DNA from: Gemmatimonadales bacterium
Lineage (GTDB): Bacteria; Gemmatimonadota; Gemmatimonadetes; Gemmatimonadales; GWC2-71-9
DNA length: 64,000 nt
Direction of reading: 5' to 3'
Assembly (NCBI GenBank): GCA_035279705.1
Contig: DATEHG010000011.1
Span: 248-64,247 of the forward strand
Shown: positions 38,136 through 46,361 of the stretch, one piece after another
Layout: each line of letters starts with the position of its first letter
Position numbering within the stretch: the first letter of the stretch is position 1
Notes under the pieces: generated by a model
Database searches by the model: none
The model's input: the letters and a program-made list of their open reading frames with translations, nothing else
What the model was told of the DNA's origin: nothing
Program-made: the position numbers and the translations under genes

Positions 38136-40205
38136 CTACCAGACCCGCACTCTCCCCGCAGGGGCGAGGTACAGCTTGTCGCCGGGCTTCACATCGAAGG
38201 CCGCGTACCACGCATCCAGGTTCCGGACCGTATCGATGCGATAGTTGTCCGGAGCGTGATCGTCGCCGGTGACGCGCTTCCGCAGGTCCTCGTCCCGCAT
38301 TTTCCCCCGCCAGCTCGCCGCCCACGCCAGAAAGAAATCGCGATCACCCCGGCGCACCGCCGCGCTGTCCATCCCGTCCGATACGCCCCGCCACGCCTCG
38401 AACGCGGCCGTCAGCCCGGCCAGGTCCGCCACGTTCTCCCCCCGCGTCCTGGCGCCATCCACGGCCAGGTCGGGAAAGGGTCGATAGGCGGAAAACTGGC
38501 GGACGAGGGGCGCGGCCATCAGGGTGTACCCGCCCAGGTCCTCCGCGGACCACCAGTGCCGCTTGGCGCCGGTGGTGTCCCAGTCCGCCCCGAGCGGATC
38601 GATGTAATGGGACACATCGTGGCCGATGATGGCGCCGATTGAGCCATACACCGCCGCGAGGCTCGCGCTGGAATCGAACTTGGTGGGCTGCAGCAGGGCC
38701 GCCGCAAAGTCGTAACTGTTCTGCTGGAACACGAGGAGCGCGCCGACCGTCTGCGGCGTGATCGTCCACAGGGTCCAGTCCACCGGCTGACCCACCCGGG
38801 CGTGCACCAGGCGGCGGTTGTGATCCTCCAGGCGGCGGGTGTTGCCGAAGGCGTCATGGGCATCGATGGCGAGGTCGGCAAACTCCTGGCGGTGTTCCGG
38901 ATACCCGACACCGACGTAGAGGCGGCGGAGCTTGGCCAGCGCAATGGTGCGCGCGGCAGGAGTGAGCCACTCCACCGCTTCCACCCTCCGGGTGAAGGCG
39001 GCGGACACATTGGTCACCACTTCCTGGATCCGCTTCTTCTGCGCCGCGGAGAACCACCGGTCGGTGTAGAGCTCGCCGACGGCTTCGGCGAGGCCGCTGC
39101 GGGTGACTTCGACCGCGCGCGCCGGGCGGTCAGTGACGCCAGGGGCCCCAAGACTCTGGTGGAAGGCGTTCGCCGCTGCATCGAACGCCGCGGGCAGGAC
39201 TTCGGCGTACCGGTCCAGGAGGTGGAAGCGGTAGTAGTCCTGCCAGACCGCGAGCGGAGTCGATCCGATCTGCGCAGCAAGGCCGGTGAGCGCCCCCGGC
39301 TGCCAGGCCACCATGCCGGCCTCATGGCCGAGTCCGGCCGCAACGAACACGGCTTCCCAGTCGAGTCCCGGCGCCTTGCGGGTGAAGTCGGGCCGGGTCC
39401 AGTGATGTTCGGCGTTGCTGTCGCTGGCCGAGGGCTCCGCTCCCATCTGCCGCGCCGCGAGCCGGCGCTCGAGATCGAGCACCGCCTCGGCCCGCCGATC
39501 GGCGTGGTCGAACCCGGCCAGCGAGAGCTGCCTGGTGATGTACCCGAGGTAGGCCCTGCGCTTCCGCGTTGCTGCGGTATCAGAGGCCAGGTAGTCGTTG
39601 CGGTCCGCCAGCCCGAGTCCCCCCTGCACCAGGAAGGCAACATTGGCCGGTTCGCCGTGGACGCACTGCTCGACCGACAATCCGAGCAGGTGGCTCGACT
39701 GCACCAGGACGTAGTTCAGCGGGTCGACATCGAGTCCGATGTCGGTGCCGATGAAGCGGGCGAGGTCCTTCCTGTCTCTGAGGGCGGCCACGGAATCCAG
39801 CAGCGGCTGGAGCGGCGCAAGGCCGCGCGATTCGATCCGCTGGCTGTCGGCATAGGCGGCGCGGAAGTCCGCCACTTTCCGGCCCAGCGATCCGGCGGCT
39901 GCCGCTTCGGCGTCGACGAAGACCTGGGCGAGCTGCTGGCCGGTGCGGATTTCGATTTCGTTCCGGACGGTCCAGCGGTTCCGCCCGGCGGGGATTTCGG
40001 TGTTCCGGAGCCAGACTCCGTTGGCGTAGCCGAAGAAATCGTCGCCGGGCCTGATCGCGGGATCGACGCCCCGTTCAAGTGGCGACGCGGGCCGGTCATC
40101 CGGCGCCTGGGCGGCCAGGGAGGCGGTGGAAAAGAAGAGAAGAGCCGGAACCCACGCGACCGACAGGCGGCCCAGGACCAACTGACGAACTCCAGTGCCG
40201 CGCAT
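38136..40205 (-). CDS. M13 (neprilysin/PepO) family metallopeptidase homologue with non-canonical active-site motifs
   Basis: 689 aa with a signal/anchor and M13 N- and C-domain patterns. GENVADLAGL is conserved, but HExxH reads IGHDVSH and the NAYY block reads GALL. Confidence 0.8.
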   Translation of the reverse strand: MRGTGVRQLVLGRLSVAWVPALLFFSTASLAAQAPDDRPASPLERGVDPAIRPGDDFFGYANGVWLRNTEIPAGRNRWTVRNEIEIRTGQQLAQVFVDAEAAAAGSLGRKVADFRAAYADSQRIESRGLAPLQPLLDSVAALRDRKDLARFIGTDIGLDVDPLNYVLVQSSHLLGLSVEQCVHGEPANVAFLVQGGLGLADRNDYLASDTAATRKRRAYLGYITRQLSLAGFDHADRRAEAVLDLERRLAARQMGAEPSASDSNAEHHWTRPDFTRKAPGLDWEAVFVAAGLGHEAGMVAWQPGALTGLAAQIGSTPLAVWQDYYRFHLLDRYAEVLPAAFDAAANAFHQSLGAPGVTDRPARAVEVTRSGLAEAVGELYTDRWFSAAQKKRIQEVVTNVSAAFTRRVEAVEWLTPAARTIALAKLRRLYVGVGYPEHRQEFADLAIDAHDAFGNTRRLEDHNRRLVHARVGQPVDWTLWTITPQTVGALLVFQQNSYDFAAALLQPTKFDSSASLAAVYGSIGAIIGHDVSHYIDPLGADWDTTGAKRHWWSAEDLGGYTLMAAPLVRQFSAYRPFPDLAVDGARTRGENVADLAGLTAAFEAWRGVSDGMDSAAVRRGDRDFFLAWAASWRGKMRDEDLRKRVTGDDHAPDNYRIDTVRNLDAWYAAFDVKPGDKLYLAPAGRVRVW

Positions 40206-40384
40206 GGCTGTCGCCTCTCTTGGCTGTGCTGCCCGTGGGAACCGGCCCTTCCGTCATCAAGGTACGGGAGTGGCCGGCTGGCGTCGGGGCCAAGGACCGA
40301 CAGGAATGGATCACTTTCAGACCTGGAATCTGGCCGTTGGTGCACCGGGGCTGTATGCTATGGTACCCGAAACCATGTCCTGGA

Positions 40385-41392
40385 ATGATCGACCGCATCC
40401 GAGTCATCGACGTGCTGTTCGTGATTTCGCCCCACTCCCTGCTGCTCGACATCGCAGGGCCGGCCGAGGCATTTCGCCTGGCCAACCTGCATCGCCAGGC
40501 CCGGGGGCTGCCGTCGCGCTTCCGGCTGCGCTTTGCCGGCCCGATGCCCGCCGTGACCACTTCGGTCGGGCTCGGCCTCATCGAGCTCGAGCCGCTCCCT
40601 GAACGGTTCCTCGCGCCGACGTGGGTGGTCGTGGTCGGCCAGCCGAGTGCGCGAGTGGCCCAGCCCACGCCGGCGATCATGCAGGCGGCGGACTGGTTGC
40701 GGCGGACGCTGGGGCGGGCCCTCGAGCAGGGAGACGAGCCCCACCGGCTCGTCGGCATCTGCTCGGGCGCGCTGCTCGCCGCGCGGGCGGGGATCCTCGC
40801 CGGCCGGCGCTGCACCACCCATCACGAGCTGCTCAACCTGCTGCGCCAGATGGCGCCGGCGGCGCAGGTCATCGGCAACCGGGTCTTCGTGGTCGACGGG
40901 GCAATCGCCACCAGCGCGGGCATCACGGCCGGCATCGACCTGGCCCTTCACCTCGTCGCGGAGGAGTGCGGCGAAGCGCTGGCGGCGGCGGTGGCGGAGG
41001 ACATGGTGGTCTACATGCGGCGCTCCCCGCAGGACCCGGAGCTGTCGCCATTTCTCATCCATCGCCGCCACCTGCATGCCGCGGTGCACCGGGTCCAGGA
41101 CGCCATCATCGAGCGGCCGGACTACGACTGGAACATGGAGGCGCTGGGCAAGGTGGGTCATGCGACGGGCCGGCACCTGCTGCGCCTCTTCCTCGAGCAC
41201 GCAGGCGTCTCGCCACTGCATTACCTCCGCTCCATCCGGCTGGAGCGGGCCCGGCAGGCGCTGGAATGCGGCGCGAGCGTGGGTCAGGCGGCGGAGGATG
41301 CGGGTTTCAGCTCGCCGCTGCAGCTCAGGCGGGCGTGGCGGAGGCAGTGGGGCGGTTCGCCGCGCGAGGTGCTGCGGCAGGCACGCGCGTAG
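40385..41392 (+). CDS. GlxA-type transcriptional regulator (DJ-1/PfpI domain + AraC HTH)
   Basis: ICSGALLAARAGILAGRRCTTHH (DJ-1 nucleophile elbow) plus a C-terminal AraC-type double HTH (...SPLHYLRSIRLERARQAL...GFSSPLQLRRAW). Confidence 0.8.
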   Translation: MIDRIRVIDVLFVISPHSLLLDIAGPAEAFRLANLHRQARGLPSRFRLRFAGPMPAVTTSVGLGLIELEPLPERFLAPTWVVVVGQPSARVAQPTPAIMQAADWLRRTLGRALEQGDEPHRLVGICSGALLAARAGILAGRRCTTHHELLNLLRQMAPAAQVIGNRVFVVDGAIATSAGITAGIDLALHLVAEECGEALAAAVAEDMVVYMRRSPQDPELSPFLIHRRHLHAAVHRVQDAIIERPDYDWNMEALGKVGHATGRHLLRLFLEHAGVSPLHYLRSIRLERARQALECGASVGQAAEDAGFSSPLQLRRAWRRQWGGSPREVLRQARA

Positions 41393-41403
41393 CGGAAGGG
41401 CGG

Positions 41404-42831
41404 TCAGTAGCCGGCGGCGGAGGCCGGTTGCCAGGGCTGCAGCGAGATCTTGCCGTGCACCCGGCGCGCCGTGCTGTCCGCCCCCGGTTCATTCCAGAAG
41501 TTTCCCCCCGCCTGCAGCAGCGGCGCGTCGATGATCCAGTTGCGGGCCCGGAGGAAGACGTTGCCGTCCAGCACCGCGTCCGCTGAAGCCGAGTCGGCGG
41601 TCAGCGCGGTTTCCACTTCGTCGAAGAGATTGCCACGCAGCCGGGCGCGGCTCGTCCGGTCCAGCTCGATCCCGGTGCCGACCCGGATGATCCGGTTGTC
41701 GTCCACGAGGTAGTCGGAACTGGGATCATCTCCCTCGTGAGGAGCCATCAGGCGGATGCCCCACGCCCCGCCGATGATGGTGTTCCCGGCGAGCGCATTC
41801 CGGCCGCCATGCTCGATGGCCACTCCCGCCACCCGTGACCCCACGACCGAGTTGTGCTCGACGCGGGTACCCCGGCTGTAGCCCAGCCAGAAGCCGTACT
41901 CCGAACTGTCCGCCCGGTTCTCGAGGAAGACGTTGCCGCTGCTGAAGGTGGCCTCGAAGGCGTTGTGAAACGCCCACGAGGCATCGTTCCGCAGCACGAT
42001 ATTGCCGACGGAGGGTTCGAGGAGCGGGCGGTGGCCGCTCAGGAAGAAGCCGTCCCCCGACCAGGTGAGGTCGTTGTCGGCGATGAAATTCGAATCGCTG
42101 TGCTGGCGGAGCAGGAGGGCGGCGGCGTCACACCCACGGCTGTACCCCGCGGCTTCGCAGCGGCTGTTGTGGCCGGCCCGGTTCCGGATGATGAGGTTGC
42201 GGCTGGAGCGCCAAAGGTGGATGCCCCAGCCGGTGTTGCCCTGGACATCGTTGTCCCGCAGGATCGCCTCGCGGGTCTCGAACAGGCCGATGCCATTTTG
42301 CCCGTCGTGGACGGTGACCTGCTCCACCGTGACGCCGCTGGTCCTGCGGAGACTCACCCCAGAACCGTAGAGCGCGAAGGTGTCGGGGTGGAAGATGTCC
42401 AGCCAGTCCCGCTCGTCGTAGCTGGTCCGGGTCGACCGCAGCGCCTGGGCCCGCTGGCCGGAGAGATCGCTCCCCTCGATCCGGTGCCCCCGGCCTCCCT
42501 CCACCCAGATACCGAAGCGGTAGCCGCGGATCCGTCCGCCGTGAATCGTCACGCTGTCCACGTTTCTCACCATGACGCCGCGGCCCACGAACGCCGAGGC
42601 GAGCGTGTCACCGCTGTCGAGGGTCACCCCGGTGAGATCGATCGTCGTCCCCGACGTTGCCACGACGAGCACGCCGCGCTCCATCGGATCCGGAATCCGG
42701 TAGCGGCCCGGGCACACCCGCACCGTACCCTGGACCGAGGTGCCGGCCTTGAGGGGCCGCAGGCATGGCTCCGTCTCGACTCGACCGGCCGCGAGGCCAA
42801 GAACCAGGAGGGGAACAAGGGTGCGGATCAT
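41404..42831 (-). CDS. Secreted right-handed parallel beta-helix repeat protein (NosD/pectate-lyase-like fold)
   Basis: 475 aa. Signal [16 protein letters not shown]. Repeated ~22-aa units of the type ...N.I.GN....GI.L. Confidence 0.7.
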   Translation of the reverse strand: MIRTLVPLLVLGLAAGRVETEPCLRPLKAGTSVQGTVRVCPGRYRIPDPMERGVLVVATSGTTIDLTGVTLDSGDTLASAFVGRGVMVRNVDSVTIHGGRIRGYRFGIWVEGGRGHRIEGSDLSGQRAQALRSTRTSYDERDWLDIFHPDTFALYGSGVSLRRTSGVTVEQVTVHDGQNGIGLFETREAILRDNDVQGNTGWGIHLWRSSRNLIIRNRAGHNSRCEAAGYSRGCDAAALLLRQHSDSNFIADNDLTWSGDGFFLSGHRPLLEPSVGNIVLRNDASWAFHNAFEATFSSGNVFLENRADSSEYGFWLGYSRGTRVEHNSVVGSRVAGVAIEHGGRNALAGNTIIGGAWGIRLMAPHEGDDPSSDYLVDDNRIIRVGTGIELDRTSRARLRGNLFDEVETALTADSASADAVLDGNVFLRARNWIIDAPLLQAGGNFWNEPGADSTARRVHGKISLQPWQPASAAGY

Positions 42832-43580
42832 GGCCTGACGGGAACTCCCTGCGATCGGAGATACGCCCGGGCCTCGCCCAGCGAGGAGCCCCGGTCATGA
42901 AAGATGGAGGCGGCGAGGACACCGTGCGCGCCGGCGTCGAGCGCCGCGGCCAGGTCCGCCAGCGACCCGGCGCCGCCCGACGCGATGACCGGTATGGGCA
43001 CCGCCGCGGCAACGGCACGGATGAGTGGCAGATCGTAGCCCTGCCGCGTGCCGTCGCGGTCCATCGAGGTGAGCAGGATCTCGCCGGCGCCTCGATCAGC
43101 CAGTTCCGCGCACCAGGTCACGGCCTCGAGCGGCGTGGGTTCCCTGCCGCCCGTGACCATCACCTGCCAGCCGGTCCCGTTGTGCCGCACATCCACGGCG
43201 GCAACCACGCACTGGCGGCCGAAGCTCTCCGCCAGGCGGGTGGCGAGGCCGGGATCCCGGGCCAGCGCCGTGTTGACCGCAATCTTGTCGGCGCCGGCCC
43301 GAAGCACCTGGCCCGCATCCTCCACGGTGCGGATCCCGCCACCGACCGTGAACGGGATGAACACCGCATCGGACACCCGGGACACCATCTCCAGCGTCGT
43401 CTGCCGTCCTTCATGACTCGCCGAGATGTCGAGGAAGACCAGTTCATCGGCGCCCTCGGCGTCATAGCGCCGCGCCTGCTCGACCGGGTCCCCCGCGTCA
43501 CGCAGCTCCGTGAAGTGTACCCCTTTCACCACCCGTCCCCGGTCCACATCGAGGCAGGGGATGATCCGCCGGGCTAGCAT
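42828..43580 (-). CDS. hisF: Imidazole glycerol phosphate synthase cyclase subunit
   Basis: [20 protein letters not shown]...[13 protein letters not shown]...[10 protein letters not shown]... Confidence 0.95.
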   Translation of the reverse strand: MLARRIIPCLDVDRGRVVKGVHFTELRDAGDPVEQARRYDAEGADELVFLDISASHEGRQTTLEMVSRVSDAVFIPFTVGGGIRTVEDAGQVLRAGADKIAVNTALARDPGLATRLAESFGRQCVVAAVDVRHNGTGWQVMVTGGREPTPLEAVTWCAELADRGAGEILLTSMDRDGTRQGYDLPLIRAVAAAVPIPVIASGGAGSLADLAAALDAGAHGVLAASIFHDRGSSLGEARAYLRSQGVPVRP

Positions 43581-44041
43581 ATGCGCAGAACGTCTTCCAG
43601 TGGACCGGCGTTACCGCCGGCCAGCAGCACCGCGATATCGTCGAGCGCCCGGCGCTCGCGGGGCCAGGCCAGGCGGGCCGCCGCGTCGCCGAATGGCAAC
43701 CAGGCCATGAGGTCGTGCTCCGGCCCCAGGACCGGCTCGGCCTCGGATTCGATCAGGGCGGCAAATACGGGGATCAGGGCGATTTCATCCTGACGGTGGA
43801 GATAGAAACTTTCCACCCGGCTCAGGTTGTACAGGGCGATCGGCGCCAGTCCGGTTTCCTCCTGCAGCTCCCGCAGGGCGGCCTCGACGGGGCGTTCACC
43901 CGTTTCGATGCGGCCATGCACCGACTCCCAGCTGCCGGGGCAGCGGCCCCCCGCCGCGCGCCGCAGCGTCAGCAGTTCAAGTCCTGACGCCGTCCGGCGC
44001 ACGGGGTACACATCCACCACCGATACCCGCACCCCGGTCAT
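43574..44041 (-). CDS. NUDIX hydrolase (NudB-like) in the slot usually held by hisA
   Basis: The ATG at 44041 forms an ATGA overlap with the hisH stop. Perfect Nudix box [23 protein letters not shown], and SWESVHG resembles the NudB pattern. Confidence 0.8.
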   Translation of the reverse strand: MTGVRVSVVDVYPVRRTASGLELLTLRRAAGGRCPGSWESVHGRIETGERPVEAALRELQEETGLAPIALYNLSRVESFYLHRQDEIALIPVFAALIESEAEPVLGPEHDLMAWLPFGDAAARLAWPRERRALDDIAVLLAGGNAGPLEDVLRIC

Positions 44042-44658
44042 GGCTGCCACTCCGCAAAGGCGGCCAGCAGGTCGAGGCCCGCCTGCTGTGATTTCTCGGG
44101 GTGGAACTGGACGCCGATGATATTGTCCCGCCCGACGATGGTGGAAAACCGGCCGCCGTAGTCCCCGGTCGCCAGGACGACGTTTTCACCGGTTCCGGCC
44201 GGGTGGTAGCTGTGAACGTGATAGTAGAATTGCGGTTCGCCGCAGAACAGCGGGCCCACGAGCGGGTGGCGTTCCCCCGATGCGGTCACCCGCACTTCGG
44301 CCCAGCCCACATGCGGCACCGGCATTCCCGCTTTGAAGTGCACCACGCGACCGGGCAGGATTCCCAGCCCCGGCACTCCCGGCGCTTCTTCACTCTCCTC
44401 GAAGAACAGCTGCTGGCCGAGGCAGATCCCGAGCAGGGGGCGGCCAGCGGCCGCCGCCGTACGGATCGCTTCGTCGAGCCCCCCCTCCCTCAGATTGCGG
44501 GCCGCCTGCTGGAAATGACCCACGCCGGGCACCAGCACGTGGGAGGCGCGCCGGACGACCGCCGGATCGGCGGTGAGCTCCGCGGCGTGGCCTCCCGCGG
44601 CGAGCGCCCGCACGACGCTTCGCAGATTGTTGACACCGCAATCCACCACGGCGATCAC
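44038..44658 (-). CDS. hisH: Imidazole glycerol phosphate synthase glutamine amidotransferase subunit
   Basis: IAVVDCGVNNLRSV, LVPGVGHF, GICLGQQL (catalytic Cys), QFHPEKS. Confidence 0.93.
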   Translation of the reverse strand: MIAVVDCGVNNLRSVVRALAAGGHAAELTADPAVVRRASHVLVPGVGHFQQAARNLREGGLDEAIRTAAAAGRPLLGICLGQQLFFEESEEAPGVPGLGILPGRVVHFKAGMPVPHVGWAEVRVTASGERHPLVGPLFCGEPQFYYHVHSYHPAGTGENVVLATGDYGGRFSTIVGRDNIIGVQFHPEKSQQAGLDLLAAFAEWQP

Positions 44659-45245
44659 AGGCTGCCCTTGGTCGATGGCACGCCCTTGACCCGGGGATCA
44701 AGGTGAATGGCGTCCCCCAGCGCCCGGGCGAAGGCCTTGAACGCAGCCTCCACGATGTGATGAGGATTCTCGCCGTGCAGCAGTTCCATGTGCACGGTCA
44801 GGCCCGCGGCCTGGATCAGCGCCCGGAAGAATTCAGGAGTCAGGAAGACGTCGTAGTCGCCCAGCATCTGCCAGCGCGGAATGTCGATCCGGTAGTGGAG
44901 GAAGGGACGCCCCGAGACATCGACGACCGCCGCCACCAGCGCTTCGTCCAGCGGCACCATGGCGTGACCGTAGCGGCGGATGCCTTCACGGTTGCCCAGC
45001 GCCTGCGCCACGGCCTGCCCCAGGACAATTCCGGTATCCTCCACCGTGTGGTGGCCGTCCACCCGCAGATCGCCCCGGGCTTCGATCTCGAGATCGAGCA
45101 GGGCATGCCGGGCCAGCGCCTCGAGCATGTGATCGAAGAACCCGATCCCGGTCTGGATCCGGCTCGACCCCGCACCGTCGAGCTCCACGACCACCCGGAT
45201 ATCGGTCTCGCCCGTTTTCCGGGCGACATCCGCGCGCCGGCTCAT
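44655..45245 (-). CDS. hisB: Imidazoleglycerol-phosphate dehydratase (monofunctional)
   Basis: 196 aa: RKTGETDI, GIGFFDHML, DGHHTVEDTGI, ENPHHIVEAAFKA. Confidence 0.93.
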   Translation of the reverse strand: MSRRADVARKTGETDIRVVVELDGAGSSRIQTGIGFFDHMLEALARHALLDLEIEARGDLRVDGHHTVEDTGIVLGQAVAQALGNREGIRRYGHAMVPLDEALVAAVVDVSGRPFLHYRIDIPRWQMLGDYDVFLTPEFFRALIQAAGLTVHMELLHGENPHHIVEAAFKAFARALGDAIHLDPRVKGVPSTKGSL

Positions 45246-46348
45246 GAAGCCTCCCGCTGTTCAGTAAGCAGGATGGTCCGCAGCGCCGAATGCACCGCGT
45301 CCATGTCCTCCCGTGTGCCGATCGAGATCCGCAGGCATTCCTCGAGCGCCCCCGGTCCCGAGATGTCCCGGACCAGGATGCCGAATTCGCCGTGCAGGCG
45401 GGCAAATACCTGGCGGGCCGGGACGGCGCGGCAGCGGATCACGAAGAAGTTGGCCTGGCTGGGGTAGACCTCGAGTCCCGGCAGGGCCCGCAGCGCGTGC
45501 AGCATCCGCTCGCGCTCCGCGACAATCACGGCCACACGCTGTTCGAGTTCGGCGGTGTCGGCCAGGATTTCCTCCGCCGCCGCCAGCGTGATGGCGTTCA
45601 CGTTGTACGGCAGCTTGGCCTTGGCCACCTCCGCGATGACGGCGGGATGGGCAAGCGCATAGCCGAACCGCAGCCCGGCGAGTCCCATCGCCTTGGAAAA
45701 CGTCCGCAGCACGATCACCCGGGACGACTGCGCCAGGAGCGGCACCGCCGTCGGCCCCCCGAATTCCTGGTAGGCCTCGTCACAGACCACCATCGCCCGG
45801 GTTTCGGCCAGGAAGCGCTCGACGGCGAGTGCGGGCAGCGCCGAACCGGTTGGATTGTTGGGGGAATTGAGGACGACGAGCCGGGCGTCGGTTTCCCGCG
45901 CCCGGGCCACCATCGCGTCGATGTCATAGCTGAACCCCGGGCCCAGCGGCACCGGCACGTAGTGACCGCCGAGTACGGCCGTCAGCAGGCGATAAAGCGC
46001 GAAAGTGGGGGCCGGGGCCACCACCGCCGTGCCGGGACCGAGCGTGACTGCGAGGACCGCCTGGATCAGTTCATTGGAGCCGTTCCCCGTCAGCACTCCC
46101 TCTCCGACCCAGCCGTGGCGGGCCGCCAGGCGCTCCTGCAGCGCCGCGGGCAGGAAGGCCGGGTAGCGGTGCCACGGCAGGGCCGCCGCACGGCCGAGAA
46201 TCCTGGCCTTGAGAGCCTCGGGAAGATCCAGCGGGCTTTCGTTCTGGTTGAGCTTGCGGGGAGCGCTCAGTGCGGCGAGGGAGTACGCGGCCTGGGCACG
46301 GACGGCAGGTTTGACCAGCGCGAGGCCGGCTGAGGCATCGGGCAGCAT
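45242..46348 (-). CDS. hisC: Histidinol-phosphate aminotransferase
   Basis: 368 aa. LNQNESP, NGSNE, NSPNNPTG, the PLP-Lys context RTFSKAMGLAGLRFGY. Confidence 0.9.
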   Translation of the reverse strand: MLPDASAGLALVKPAVRAQAAYSLAALSAPRKLNQNESPLDLPEALKARILGRAAALPWHRYPAFLPAALQERLAARHGWVGEGVLTGNGSNELIQAVLAVTLGPGTAVVAPAPTFALYRLLTAVLGGHYVPVPLGPGFSYDIDAMVARARETDARLVVLNSPNNPTGSALPALAVERFLAETRAMVVCDEAYQEFGGPTAVPLLAQSSRVIVLRTFSKAMGLAGLRFGYALAHPAVIAEVAKAKLPYNVNAITLAAAEEILADTAELEQRVAVIVAERERMLHALRALPGLEVYPSQANFFVIRCRAVPARQVFARLHGEFGILVRDISGPGALEECLRISIGTREDMDAVHSALRTILLTEQREAS

Positions 46349-46361
46349 GGGGCGCCGCGGT

